Shown piece by piece: positions 30,737 to 39,769 of a stretch of 64,000 nucleotides of DNA. The stretch comes from an uncultured Acidobacteriota bacterium (lineage in GTDB: Bacteria > Acidobacteriota > Thermoanaerobaculia > UBA5066 > Gp7-AA6). Location of the stretch: the NCBI GenBank assembly GCA_963782815.1, contig CAWALG010000030.1, positions 164,284-228,283 of the forward strand. The letters run 5' to 3'. The stretch's first letter is position 1; each line of letters starts with the position of its first letter. Both the position numbers and the translations under genes were made by a program. A model generated the notes under the pieces. That model saw only the letters and a program-made list of their open reading frames with translations. It was not told the origin of the DNA and made no database searches.

Positions 30737-31204
30737 CTACTCCTCCGAGAGGATCTTGCCGGCGACGCGGCCGCCGGGGAAGGCCGCTTCGAGGGCGGCG
30801 AGCGCGCTGTCGAAGGCGGCGTTCGACCGCGCGGTGATCTCGGCGCAGAGGGTCGGGCGGTTGACGATCTCGGAGGTCCCGGAAGGGTTGCGCACGATGA
30901 CGGCCTGCGCCGGCTGCTCGACGTAGAAGAGGATGTCGTCCACGTCCTCGAGCGCCCGGGCCGCGGCGCGGTGCGCGTTGGACTGCTCGTCGCGCTTCAG
31001 GCAGACGCCGGCCAGCCCCAGCAGCCGGTAGTGGTTCGGCTCGAACTCGGTCCGGTCCCAGTTCTTCCAGACGCGGTCCCGCGGCGCGAGCTTGAACCGG
31101 TAGGCGAGATTGGAGAGACGGGACTCCTCGAGCGCGAACTCCGCGATGCGGCGGTCGGTCAGCTCGTGGGGCGTCAGCGGGAGCGCGGGCTTGCTGGTCG
31201 GCAT
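30737..31204 (-). CDS. Hypothetical protein (155 aa)
   Basis: Open frame with GC-rich codon usage and GGAG-like RBS region, between tdh and kbl; no motif recognised. Confidence 0.6.
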   Translation of the reverse strand: MPTSKPALPLTPHELTDRRIAEFALEESRLSNLAYRFKLAPRDRVWKNWDRTEFEPNHYRLLGLAGVCLKRDEQSNAHRAAARALEDVDDILFYVEQPAQAVIVRNPSGTSEIVNRPTLCAEITARSNAAFDSALAALEAAFPGGRVAGKILSEE

Positions 31205-31233
31205 CGTCAGGCCAAGCTTACCGGACTTTGGAC

Positions 31234-32322
31234 TCAGGAGGGTTTGCCGTTGGGATAAAACACGACTTTCATGGCCTGGCGGTTTTCCAGCAGGGCCATG
31301 GCCTCATGAAAGCTGTCCAGGCCTTCGAACTCGTTCGTCACGAGGTCGGCGACGTCGAGGCCCGCGGTGAGCAGATCGAGCATCTTGATCCAGGTCTCGA
31401 AGACGCGCCGCCCGATGACGGCGTGGAGCGTCAGACCCTTGAAGATCAGGTCGCTGGTGTAATCGCGGATCGTGACCGACCTTCCCTTGGGCAGGCCGAG
31501 AAGAGAGATCGTGGCGCCGCGCCTGGCGGCCGCCAGACCGAGGTTGATCGAGGACTCCGCTCCGGAGAGCTCCAGCACGACGTCGGCCCCTCCGTTCGTG
31601 GCGTCCTTCAGGCTCCCCGCCGGGTCCTTCGTTCTCGTCAGATCCAGAACCGTGACGTTGGTCAGCCCGCGGTTGCTTGCCCATCGCCGGGCGTGGGCCG
31701 CGGCGTGAGGGTTGACCTCGGTGATCGCGATGCGCGAGGCGCCGGAGACGCGCGCGATCTCCGCGCACATGGCGCCGATCGGCCCGTAGCCCAGGACCGC
31801 GATGGACTTTCCCGAGAGGTCGGCGACCTGCGTCGTGTGGACCGCGTTTCCGAGCGCGTCGAGGAACGCCCCGACCTTCGGAGGCACGATGTTCCGGTCC
31901 AGGGGAACGACGTTGAAAGCCGGCACGGCCACGTACTGCGCGAAGCAGCCGTCGCCGTGCACGCCGAGGATGCGGGTGTTCTCGCAGATGTGCCTCTGCC
32001 CCGTGCGGCAGGGGCGGCAATGGCCGCAGGTGACGTGCATCTCCGCCGAAACGTACTGGCCTTCGAAGAGGTGGGGCCGCGCGCCGCCCGGCCCGAAGGC
32101 CACGATCTCGCCGCAGAACTCGTGGCCGTAGACACGCGGCGGCTTGACCATCGAGGCCATGGAAGGGTCCCACCGGTAGATGTGCTTGTCCGAGCCGCAG
32201 ACGGCCGTCGCGAGCACTCGGATGAGCACCTCCGCCTGGCCGGGTTTCGGGACGGGCACGCTCTTGATCTCGGTCGCGTCCGGTCCAGCGGTGGCCTTCG
32301 TCTTGACGACGGCCCGCATCAT
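31234..32322 (-). CDS. tdh: L-threonine 3-dehydrogenase (Zn-dependent MDR)
   Basis: VCGSDKHIY, GHEFCG, structural Zn CGHCRPCRTGQRHIC, DALGNAVHT, GYGPIG; near kbl. Confidence 0.9.
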   Translation of the reverse strand: MMRAVVKTKATAGPDATEIKSVPVPKPGQAEVLIRVLATAVCGSDKHIYRWDPSMASMVKPPRVYGHEFCGEIVAFGPGGARPHLFEGQYVSAEMHVTCGHCRPCRTGQRHICENTRILGVHGDGCFAQYVAVPAFNVVPLDRNIVPPKVGAFLDALGNAVHTTQVADLSGKSIAVLGYGPIGAMCAEIARVSGASRIAITEVNPHAAAHARRWASNRGLTNVTVLDLTRTKDPAGSLKDATNGGADVVLELSGAESSINLGLAAARRGATISLLGLPKGRSVTIRDYTSDLIFKGLTLHAVIGRRVFETWIKMLDLLTAGLDVADLVTNEFEGLDSFHEAMALLENRQAMKVVFYPNGKPS

Positions 32323-32326
32323 CCGG

Positions 32327-32412
32327 GAGACTGGGGGAGGCTGGGAGACTGGGAGACGTTCGGGGCGAGGCTTTCTGCTTCTCCCAGTCCCCCCGTCTCC
32401 CCGTCTCCCAGT
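32327..32412. repeat. Inverted 7-8-mer repeat block (GGGAGACT / AGTCTCCC arms)
   Basis: ggagactgggggaggctgggagactgggagacg ... ctcccagtccccccgtctccccgtctcccagtcc. Confidence 0.8.
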
Positions 32413-32420
32413 CCTTTTCT

Positions 32421-33839
32421 TCAATCGCCCGCCTGATCGTCGCGCACGAAACGGTCGCCGCCAGCGGCAACGCCGCTCGCGGCGAGGACGTCCACCGGCT
32501 TGATGTACCGGGCGGCGACCGCGCGCGTGCCGGCGATGCGGAGCTTCTCGAACAGGAAGTGGAACTTCTTCTCGAGAGAGGCTCCAATCGCATCCCGCGT
32601 CCCTCCCGGGAGGTTCCAGAACTGCTCCTTGAAGGGGCCGACCGCGAACTTTCGCGCCTTGTAGAGGAACTGGCTCTCGGTCTCGCCGCGCTTTCTGTCC
32701 TCTCCCTTGTTCTGGAAGAGCCACCGTTCCGTCTCCCGCTTCAAGGGGAGCGGCAGCGACGGGTGCTCGTAGACCATGTTCTGGAACTCCGTCGCCAGGT
32801 GGATCTCGGCGCAGTCGTGGTCGGGGAAGTGCCCGAAGAACTCCGAGGGGAGCGTCGAGGCTCCGTGCTGGACCGCGCCGGCCATCCCGTATTCCTCCCG
32901 GGCGACCCGCGAGATCTTCCGCAGCGTCTCGAAGTCGATCGCGACGCGCTGGACCGTGCCGTCGGGTCCCACGATGCCGCCGTGCGAGGAACCGGTCTGG
33001 ATCGAGACCTTCGCGATCCCTTCGCCGCCGCCGAGCGACTTCCGGTATCCGTCCATGTAGGCGCGCAGCTCCTCGGGCGTCGAGTTCTCCTTGCCGACCT
33101 CTCCGATCTCGCCTCCCACGGAGATCGGCATCCCTTCGGGCTCGCGGGACCGGATGAACTTCGTAAAGCGCGCGGCGAGCTCGAAGTTCTGCCTCTGCTG
33201 CTCGGCCAGGGTCGGCTTCGAGAGGTCCACGAGTGTCGAGGTATCGATGTCGATCTGGAAGAAACCGGCCGGGATCGCCTCCTCGATCAGGGCCTCGATC
33301 GCGGCGATCTCCTTCTCCGGGTTTTCTTTCATCTTCTTCGGGTTCGTCTGGTAATGGTCCCCCTGGAGAAAGACCGGCCCCTCCCAGCCTTCGCGGATCG
33401 CCGCCGCGAGCACGACCGCGGCGTACTCGGCCGGCCGCTGCTCCGTGTAGCCGATCTCGCTGCGGGCGATCTCGAAGATGAGGAGACCCGTGTCGAGCGC
33501 GCGCGCCGCGCGGAAGGCCGCCCGGGCCGCGTCGTAGGCCAGCATGCGGATGTTGACGGCGGGGACCGTGAAGCCGGAGATCTCGCCCCGCCCCCGCGCC
33601 TTGTAGAGAGGCAGGATCGAGGCGGGGAGAATCCCGAGCGAAGCGGCGGCCTCGCGGATCTTCCCCCGAGCCGCGTCGCGGACCGAAGGCTGGCCGAACA
33701 CGGCGTTCCAGACAAGGCTGTCCACCACGTCCTGCCTGAACCCTGCCGGGTCCGTAACGCGCACCGCGCCGTTTCGTTCAACGGTTTCCGAGCGACGCAG
33801 GAAGGCGTCGAGCTCCTCCAGAGTGCTGAAGAGTTCCAT
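32421..33839 (-). CDS. Class II fructose-bisphosphate aldolase family protein (long form)
   Basis: FEIARSEIGYT, FLQGDH, GGEIGEVG, GSSHGG, VQHGASTLP, EIHLAT. Confidence 0.82.
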   Translation of the reverse strand: MELFSTLEELDAFLRRSETVERNGAVRVTDPAGFRQDVVDSLVWNAVFGQPSVRDAARGKIREAAASLGILPASILPLYKARGRGEISGFTVPAVNIRMLAYDAARAAFRAARALDTGLLIFEIARSEIGYTEQRPAEYAAVVLAAAIREGWEGPVFLQGDHYQTNPKKMKENPEKEIAAIEALIEEAIPAGFFQIDIDTSTLVDLSKPTLAEQQRQNFELAARFTKFIRSREPEGMPISVGGEIGEVGKENSTPEELRAYMDGYRKSLGGGEGIAKVSIQTGSSHGGIVGPDGTVQRVAIDFETLRKISRVAREEYGMAGAVQHGASTLPSEFFGHFPDHDCAEIHLATEFQNMVYEHPSLPLPLKRETERWLFQNKGEDRKRGETESQFLYKARKFAVGPFKEQFWNLPGGTRDAIGASLEKKFHFLFEKLRIAGTRAVAARYIKPVDVLAASGVAAGGDRFVRDDQAGD

Positions 33840-33855
33840 GCGGCCCGGCGATTCT

Positions 33856-33945
33856 AATCGATTGAACGATTGATGGTTTGACGATTGAAAGATTGAGTTC
33901 GCCGGCCTTGCAATTCGTCAATCGTCAATCAGACAATCGTCAATC
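33856..33945. repeat. Inverted heptamer block (GATTGAx / TCAATCG arms) in the divergent fba-queD region
   Basis: cgattgaacgattgatggtttgacgattgaaagattga ... ttcgtcaatcgtcaatcagacaatcgtcaatc. Confidence 0.8.
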
Positions 33946-33948
33946 CCG

Positions 33949-34392
33949 ATGATCCGTCTCTCCCGCACCATCCACTTCAACGCCGGCCGGAGCCTTTGGC
34001 GGGCGGACTGGACGCCGGAGAGGAACCGGTCGGTGTACGGGGAGGAGGGGCCGCACGGCTACGGCCACAACTACGAGCTGGAGGTGGCGGTCGAAGGCGA
34101 GATCGACCCGGAGTCCTCCATGGTCATCAACCTGACGGACCTCGACCGGATCCTCAAGGAAGAGGTGGACGAGCCTCTCGATCACCGGAACCTGAACCGC
34201 GACGTTCCCGATTTCGCGGATCTTCCTCCCACGGCGGAGAACCTGGCGGCCTGGATCTGGCGGCGGGTCGGCGCGCGCATCGCGCGGGAGAGATGGTCCT
34301 GCCGGGTGGTTCACCTGCGCCTGCGCCTGACGCCCGGTTTCGCCGTCGAAATCGAAGCGGAGCGGCAGGATAGGATTCGCCCGTCGGAATGA
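33949..34392 (+). CDS. 6-pyruvoyl-tetrahydropterin synthase / QueD-like T-fold protein with degenerate active site
   Basis: GHNYELEVAVEGEIDP..MVINL, LDHRNLN, PTAENLA; FNAGRSL and EEGPHGYGHNY replace the canonical His and Cys ligands. Confidence 0.75.
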   Translation: MIRLSRTIHFNAGRSLWRADWTPERNRSVYGEEGPHGYGHNYELEVAVEGEIDPESSMVINLTDLDRILKEEVDEPLDHRNLNRDVPDFADLPPTAENLAAWIWRRVGARIARERWSCRVVHLRLRLTPGFAVEIEAERQDRIRPSE

Positions 34393-35948
34393 ACTTCGCC
34401 TTCGTCATCGACAACCGGCGATGCATCGGCTGCCACGCCTGCTCGACGGCCTGCAAGGCGGAGAACTCGGTTCCCCTCGGAGTCTCCCGCACCTGGGTCA
34501 AGTACGTCGAGAAGGGAACCTTCCCGCACACGAGGCGGTACTTCCAGGTCACGCGCTGCAACCACTGCGCGAAGCCGCCCTGCGTTCCGATCTGTCCGAC
34601 GGCGGCGATGTTCCGGCGGCCCGACGGGATCGTGGAGTTCGACTCGGACGCGTGCATCGGCTGCAAGGCGTGCCTGCAGGCCTGTCCGTACGACGCGATT
34701 CACATCGACCCCGAGTCCGGCACGGCCGCCAAGTGCCATTTCTGCGCGCACCGCACGGAGGTGGGCCTGGAGCCCGCGTGCGTCATCGTCTGTCCCGTGC
34801 ACGCGATCCTCGCGGGAGATCTCGACGACCCGGCCTCCGAGGTCGCGAGGGCCGTGTCGGTCGAGCAGGTCGCGGTCCGCAAGCCCGAGCAGGGCACGCG
34901 GCCCAAGCTCTTCTACATCGAGGCGGAGGAGTCGGCGCTCCTTCCGATGCTCGCCGCGCAGGACGGCGGCTATCTCTGGGCGGAGCAGCCCGCCGCCGGC
35001 GCCGGAGGGGTCGAGGACTGGCGCGGCCCGATCCAGATCGGAGAGGGGCGCATGGCCGGCGCGCTCATTAGCTCGGCGGCGTCGCCGAGGGAGACTTACA
35101 ACGTGCCGCACCGCGTCCCGTGGCACTGGCAGGTCCCCGCCTACCTCGTGACCAAGGCGATCGGAGCGGGGCTCCTGATGCTCGCGGCCGCGGGCACGGC
35201 GCTCGGGATTCTGCCCGCCTCGCCGCTCTTCCTGACGGTCGCCCCGGCGCTCGCGCTGTTGCTCGCCGCGGTCACGACGGGACTCCTCGTCTGGGATCTC
35301 GACCGCCCCGAGCGCTTCTGGAAGATCCTCGCCCGCCCTCAGTGGCGCTCCTGGCTGACGCGCGGCGCGGTCGTGCTCATCGCGTTCTCGGGAGGGGCGG
35401 GCCTGATGTGGTTCGCCAACCTGACTGGCCGCGCCGGCCTCGCGCGCGCCCTGGCGTGGCCCGTGGTCGCGCTCGGCGCTCTCGCGGCCGTCTACACGGC
35501 CTTTCTCTTCGCGCAGGCGGAAGGGCGGGACCTCTGGCAGAGCCCGCTCCTCTCCTCGCATCTGCTCGTGCAGTCGGTCATGGCCGGCGCCGCGGGGTTT
35601 CTCCTGATCGGTCCGTTCTCCGGTCTCGACGCGGGCGCGGCGCGCACGGTCGCCGTGATCTTTGCCGCGAGCCTCGGCATGGATCTGCTCATCACCGTCG
35701 CCGGCGAGTTCGGCCTGCCGCATGCGAGCGTCGTGGCCGCGACCGCCGCCCGCATGATCACGCGCGGACGCTATGCCCGCCACTACTGGGGGAGTCTCGC
35801 CTGCGGCATCCTCCTCCCTCTTGCGATCGTGGCGACGTCGCGGTCGTCGCCCGCCGCCCTCGCCGTCGCCGGAGCGCTCTCGCTCGCCGGTCTCTTCGCG
35901 TACGAATGGGCGTTCGTCTTCGCGCCCCAGCAGGTGCCGAACAGTTGA
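34389..35948 (+). CDS. 4x[4Fe-4S] ferredoxin (PsrB/NrfC/DmsB-like) fused to NrfD/PsrC membrane anchor
   Basis: CIGCHACSTAC, CNHCAKPPCVPICP, CIGCKACLQACP, KCHFC...PACVIVCP; then WHWQVPAYL, DLDRPERF, SWLTRG and about 8 TM helices. Confidence 0.9.
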   Translation: MNFAFVIDNRRCIGCHACSTACKAENSVPLGVSRTWVKYVEKGTFPHTRRYFQVTRCNHCAKPPCVPICPTAAMFRRPDGIVEFDSDACIGCKACLQACPYDAIHIDPESGTAAKCHFCAHRTEVGLEPACVIVCPVHAILAGDLDDPASEVARAVSVEQVAVRKPEQGTRPKLFYIEAEESALLPMLAAQDGGYLWAEQPAAGAGGVEDWRGPIQIGEGRMAGALISSAASPRETYNVPHRVPWHWQVPAYLVTKAIGAGLLMLAAAGTALGILPASPLFLTVAPALALLLAAVTTGLLVWDLDRPERFWKILARPQWRSWLTRGAVVLIAFSGGAGLMWFANLTGRAGLARALAWPVVALGALAAVYTAFLFAQAEGRDLWQSPLLSSHLLVQSVMAGAAGFLLIGPFSGLDAGAARTVAVIFAASLGMDLLITVAGEFGLPHASVVAATAARMITRGRYARHYWGSLACGILLPLAIVATSRSSPAALAVAGALSLAGLFAYEWAFVFAPQQVPNS

Positions 35949-35983
35949 GCGATCCGCGCGGCCCGGTCCGCCTTCCGCCGCAG

Positions 35984-38848
35984 ATGACCGAGTCGGGCTC
36001 GCGCCTGCAGCAGTACCCGCCCGTCGAGGCGTGGGACGACTGGGTGGAGTGGGATCCGAAAGCATGGCCGCGCCGCGTGCCGAAGCGCTACCGGCTCATC
36101 CCGACGGTCTGCTTCAACTGCGAGTCCGCCTGCGGCCTGCTCGGGTGGGTGGACAAGGAAACGATGGAGGTGCGCAAGTTCGAAGGGAACCCGGCCCATC
36201 CCGGGAGCCGCGGAAGGAACTGCGCCAAGGGACCGGCGACGTTGAACCAGGTCAACGACCCGGACCGGATTCTCTATCCGTTGAAGCGCGCCGGCCGCCG
36301 CGGCGAGGGGCGCTGGACTCGCGTCAGCTGGGCGGAGGCCCTGGCGGACATCGGCGGGCGCATTCGGAAAGCGTTCCAGGAGGGGCGGCAGAACGAGGTC
36401 ATGTATCACGTCGGCCGGCCGGGGCACGACGGCCTGATGGAGTGGATCCTCCCGGCGTGGGGCGTGGACGGCCACAACTCCCACACGAACATCTGCTCTT
36501 CCGGCGCGCGCGCCGGCTACGCCTTCTGGATGGGTTACGACCGGCCGAGCCCCGATCACGCGAAGGCCAGCGTGATTCTCCTCATCAGCAGCCACCTCGA
36601 GACAGGGCATTACTTCAACCCGCACGCGCAGCGGATCGTGGAGGGGAAGGCCGCCGGAGCGAAGCTGATCGTCTGGGATACGCGCCTCTCCAACACGGCG
36701 TCCATGGCCGACACCTGGATCTCTCCCTGGCCCGGCTCCGAGGCGGCGATCCTGCTCGCGATCGCGCGGCACCTCGTCGCGACGAAACGCTACGACCGCG
36801 ACTTCGTCCGCCGCTGGGTCAACTGGGAGGAATTCCTGAAGAGTCGGGACTCGGGACTCGGGACTCGGGACTCGAACGATGAGCGCCACTCCCACCTTTC
36901 CTACGACTCCTTCGAAGCCGCCTTCCTCGAGACCTACAAAGACTTCACCTTCGACTTCGCCGCCCGCGAATCGGGCGTCGAAGCGCGCGTGATCGAAGGC
37001 ATCGCCGAAGACGTCGCCAACTGCGGCGGTCGCCTCGCCGCGCACAACTGGAGGAGCGCCGGCTCCGGCAACCTCGGCGGCTGGCAGGTCGCGCGCTGCC
37101 TCTGGCTCTTGAACGTCCTGACGGGTTCCGTGGGCCGGGAAGGAGGCACCTCCGCCAACGGGTGGGACAAGTGGGTTCCGCGCCCGCCGCACCTGGCTCC
37201 CCACGTCCAACGCTGGAACGATCTCTCCTGGCCGCGCGAGTACCCGCTCTCCTATTTCGAGATGAGCTTCCTGCTGCCCCACTTCCTGAAGGAGGGGCGC
37301 GGCAAGCTCGACGTCTACTTCACCCGGGTCTACAACCCGATGTGGACGAACCCCGACGGGTTCACCTGGCTCGAGGTGCTTCGCGACGAATCGAAGATCG
37401 GGCTGCACGTCGCGCTGACGCCGACCTGGAGCGAGACGGCGTGGTGGGCGGACTACGTGCTGCCGATGGGTCACGGCTCGGAGCGGCACGACGTCATGAG
37501 CCAGGAGACGCACGCGGGACAGTGGATCGCCTTCCGGCAGCCGGTCCGCCGCGTCGCGCTCGAGCGCGCCGGAAAGCCCGTCGCGCGGACGTACGAGGCC
37601 AACCCCGGGCAGGTCTGGGAGGAGACGGAGTTCTGGATCGACCTCTCCTGGGAGATCGATCCGGACGGCTCGCTCGGGATCCGCCGCTACTTCGAGTCGC
37701 CGTACCGGCCGGGCGAGCGGATCACCGTGGACGACTACTTCGGATGGATGTTCGAACGCTCCGTCCCCGGCCTGCCGGAAGCGGCGGCGCGCGAAGGGTT
37801 GAAGCCGCTGGCTTACATGCGGCGATACGGCGCCTACGAGATCCGCTCCGGCGCCGAGGCGGAGTTCGAGCGAGCGCTCTCGCGCGAAGAGACTCTCGAA
37901 GCCACGAAGGACGAGGCCACCGGGGTCCTCTACACGCGGGCGGCCGCGGCGCCGGCCAAGAACATCGTGCCGAGCCCTGTCGCCCCCTCCGGCGAGCGCG
38001 GACGCCCGATCGGGGTCCTCGTGGACGGAGAGGCGCGCTTCGGATTTCGCACCCCTTCGCGGCGCCTGGAATTCTTCTCCTCGACGCTCGCGGATTTCGG
38101 CTGGCCGGAGCTGGCGATTCCGACATACATCCGGAGCCACGTCCATCCCGACAACGTGGACCGCGCGAAGAGCGAATTCGTCCTGCTCTCGACGTACCGG
38201 CTTCCGACACTCATCCACACGAGGAGCGGCAACGCGAAGTGGCTGCTCGAGATCTCCCACACGAACCCGACATGGATCCACACCTCCGACGCGCAGCGCC
38301 TGGGCGTCGCGACGGGCGATCTCGTGCGGATCGAGACGGAGATCGGGCACTTCGTGGACCGGGTCTGGGTCACGGAGGGGATCCGCCCGGGTGTCGTCGC
38401 GTGTTCGCACCACCTGGGACGGTGGCGCCTCGCGGAAGGGGAGGGGACGAGCCGGCTCGCATCTTCTCTCGTGGACGTCAGGGAGGATCGCGGGCAGTGG
38501 AAGCTCACGCAGCTTTCCGGCATCGAGCCGTACGACTCCGCCGATCCCGACACGCGGCGGATCTGGTGGACGGAGAGCGGCGTGCATCAGAACCTGACGT
38601 TTCCCGTCCAGCCCGATCCGGTCAGCGGCTGCCACTGCTGGCACCAGAAGGTCAGGATCACGCGCGCTCGGCCGGAAGACCGTTACGGCGACGTCAGCGT
38701 AGACACGAACAAGTCCCACGAGGTGTACAGGCGGTGGCTCGCGCTCGCGCGCCCGCCGCGCGGAGCCTGGCGGCGTCCCTACTGGATGCTGCGCCCCTTC
38801 CGCCCCGCCGAGAGCGCCTTCCGCCTCCCCGGGAGCGAGAACCCGTGA
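35984..38848 (+). CDS. Mo/W-bisPGD (DMSO reductase superfamily) catalytic subunit, Psr/Phs/Arr/Soe-like, no Tat signal
   Basis: CFNCESAC...CAKG Fe-S motif, SHTNICSS (probable Cys ligand), DTRLSNTA, C-terminal binding domain (HTRSGNAKWL, WIHTSDA). Confidence 0.88.
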   Translation: MTESGSRLQQYPPVEAWDDWVEWDPKAWPRRVPKRYRLIPTVCFNCESACGLLGWVDKETMEVRKFEGNPAHPGSRGRNCAKGPATLNQVNDPDRILYPLKRAGRRGEGRWTRVSWAEALADIGGRIRKAFQEGRQNEVMYHVGRPGHDGLMEWILPAWGVDGHNSHTNICSSGARAGYAFWMGYDRPSPDHAKASVILLISSHLETGHYFNPHAQRIVEGKAAGAKLIVWDTRLSNTASMADTWISPWPGSEAAILLAIARHLVATKRYDRDFVRRWVNWEEFLKSRDSGLGTRDSNDERHSHLSYDSFEAAFLETYKDFTFDFAARESGVEARVIEGIAEDVANCGGRLAAHNWRSAGSGNLGGWQVARCLWLLNVLTGSVGREGGTSANGWDKWVPRPPHLAPHVQRWNDLSWPREYPLSYFEMSFLLPHFLKEGRGKLDVYFTRVYNPMWTNPDGFTWLEVLRDESKIGLHVALTPTWSETAWWADYVLPMGHGSERHDVMSQETHAGQWIAFRQPVRRVALERAGKPVARTYEANPGQVWEETEFWIDLSWEIDPDGSLGIRRYFESPYRPGERITVDDYFGWMFERSVPGLPEAAAREGLKPLAYMRRYGAYEIRSGAEAEFERALSREETLEATKDEATGVLYTRAAAAPAKNIVPSPVAPSGERGRPIGVLVDGEARFGFRTPSRRLEFFSSTLADFGWPELAIPTYIRSHVHPDNVDRAKSEFVLLSTYRLPTLIHTRSGNAKWLLEISHTNPTWIHTSDAQRLGVATGDLVRIETEIGHFVDRVWVTEGIRPGVVACSHHLGRWRLAEGEGTSRLASSLVDVREDRGQWKLTQLSGIEPYDSADPDTRRIWWTESGVHQNLTFPVQPDPVSGCHCWHQKVRITRARPEDRYGDVSVDTNKSHEVYRRWLALARPPRGAWRRPYWMLRPFRPAESAFRLPGSENP
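36844..36874 (+). repeat. (TCGGGAC)4 heptamer repeat inside the Mo-enzyme CDS
   Basis: tcgggactcgggactcgggactcgggactcg, read in frame as SRDSGLGTRDS. Confidence 0.9.
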
Positions 38849-39756
38849 ACGCGCCTCCGCTCTCTCTCCTGTCCCGTCTCTGGCTCTCGGAGCCCGACGC
38901 GGAGACGGTGGCCCGCGCCGCCGAGGCGGGTCTTGCGGGCGGCGAGCCCTCCGACCTCGCCGCCGCGTGGACCGACCTCTTCCTCCTGAACGTGTACCCC
39001 TACGGCACCGCCTTCACGGACATCTCCGGGGAGTTGAACGGCCCGGCCGCCGCCGCCGCGTCGCGCCGGTACGAAGCCGCGGGATACCGGCCGCCGGAGC
39101 TTGCCGGAACCGGAGCGCCCGACCACGCCGGCCTCTGTCTGGGTTTTCTCGCGCACCTGGCGGCGCAAGGACGGGAAGACCCGGGGTTTCTTGCGTGGAC
39201 TCTGGACTGGCTTCCGGTCTGCGCGCTCGCCGTCGAGCGCCAACCCTTCGCGCATCCGTTCTATCGTGACCTCGCGGCGGCGACGCGGGAGAGCCTCTTC
39301 GCGATGGAGTCCCCGCCCTCCGCCGCTCCGGAGGATCTCGCGCCGGTTCTGGAGGCGGGTTCCGAGACCGAGGAAGAAGTCGGCCTCTCCCGTGTCGTGA
39401 GATTCCTGCTCGCGCCGGCGGCATCCGGCTTCTTCCTCTCCCGGTCGCGGCTGGGAGCGCTCGCGCTCGAGGCCGGTCTGCGTCTCCCGTTCGGATCGCG
39501 GTTCGACGTCGCGCGCGCTCTCTTCGAAGCCGCCGGGGAATCCGGCCGCGTCGAACCGGTCCTGGCGGCGCTCTCCCGCGAGGCGGAGGCCTGGGACACC
39601 GCCTACGCGGCGCTAGCCGGCGAACATTCTTCGTGGCAGACTCGCGCCGCCGTCTGGCGTTCCCGGATCGCGGCGACGCGCGAGCGGCTGACTGAAATGC
39701 GACAGATCCTCGACAGCCCGCTCGAACTGGAGTATGGGAGTCGGGCAGAGAGTTAA
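38845..39756 (+). CDS. TorD/DmsD-like redox enzyme maturation chaperone (extended, about 303 aa)
   Basis: TDLFLLNVYPYGTAF, PDHAGLCLGFL, WLP, PFYRDLA; GTG overlaps the Mo-enzyme stop. Confidence 0.7.
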   Translation: MNAPPLSLLSRLWLSEPDAETVARAAEAGLAGGEPSDLAAAWTDLFLLNVYPYGTAFTDISGELNGPAAAAASRRYEAAGYRPPELAGTGAPDHAGLCLGFLAHLAAQGREDPGFLAWTLDWLPVCALAVERQPFAHPFYRDLAAATRESLFAMESPPSAAPEDLAPVLEAGSETEEEVGLSRVVRFLLAPAASGFFLSRSRLGALALEAGLRLPFGSRFDVARALFEAAGESGRVEPVLAALSREAEAWDTAYAALAGEHSSWQTRAAVWRSRIAATRERLTEMRQILDSPLELEYGSRAES

Positions 39757-39769
39757 TCAGGAGCTTCCT

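Noticed and set aside
31234-32724. N-terminally extended tdh (496 aa)
   Set aside because: The extension is an alternate frame of fba plus the repeat block; tdh starts at MMRAVVK (32322).
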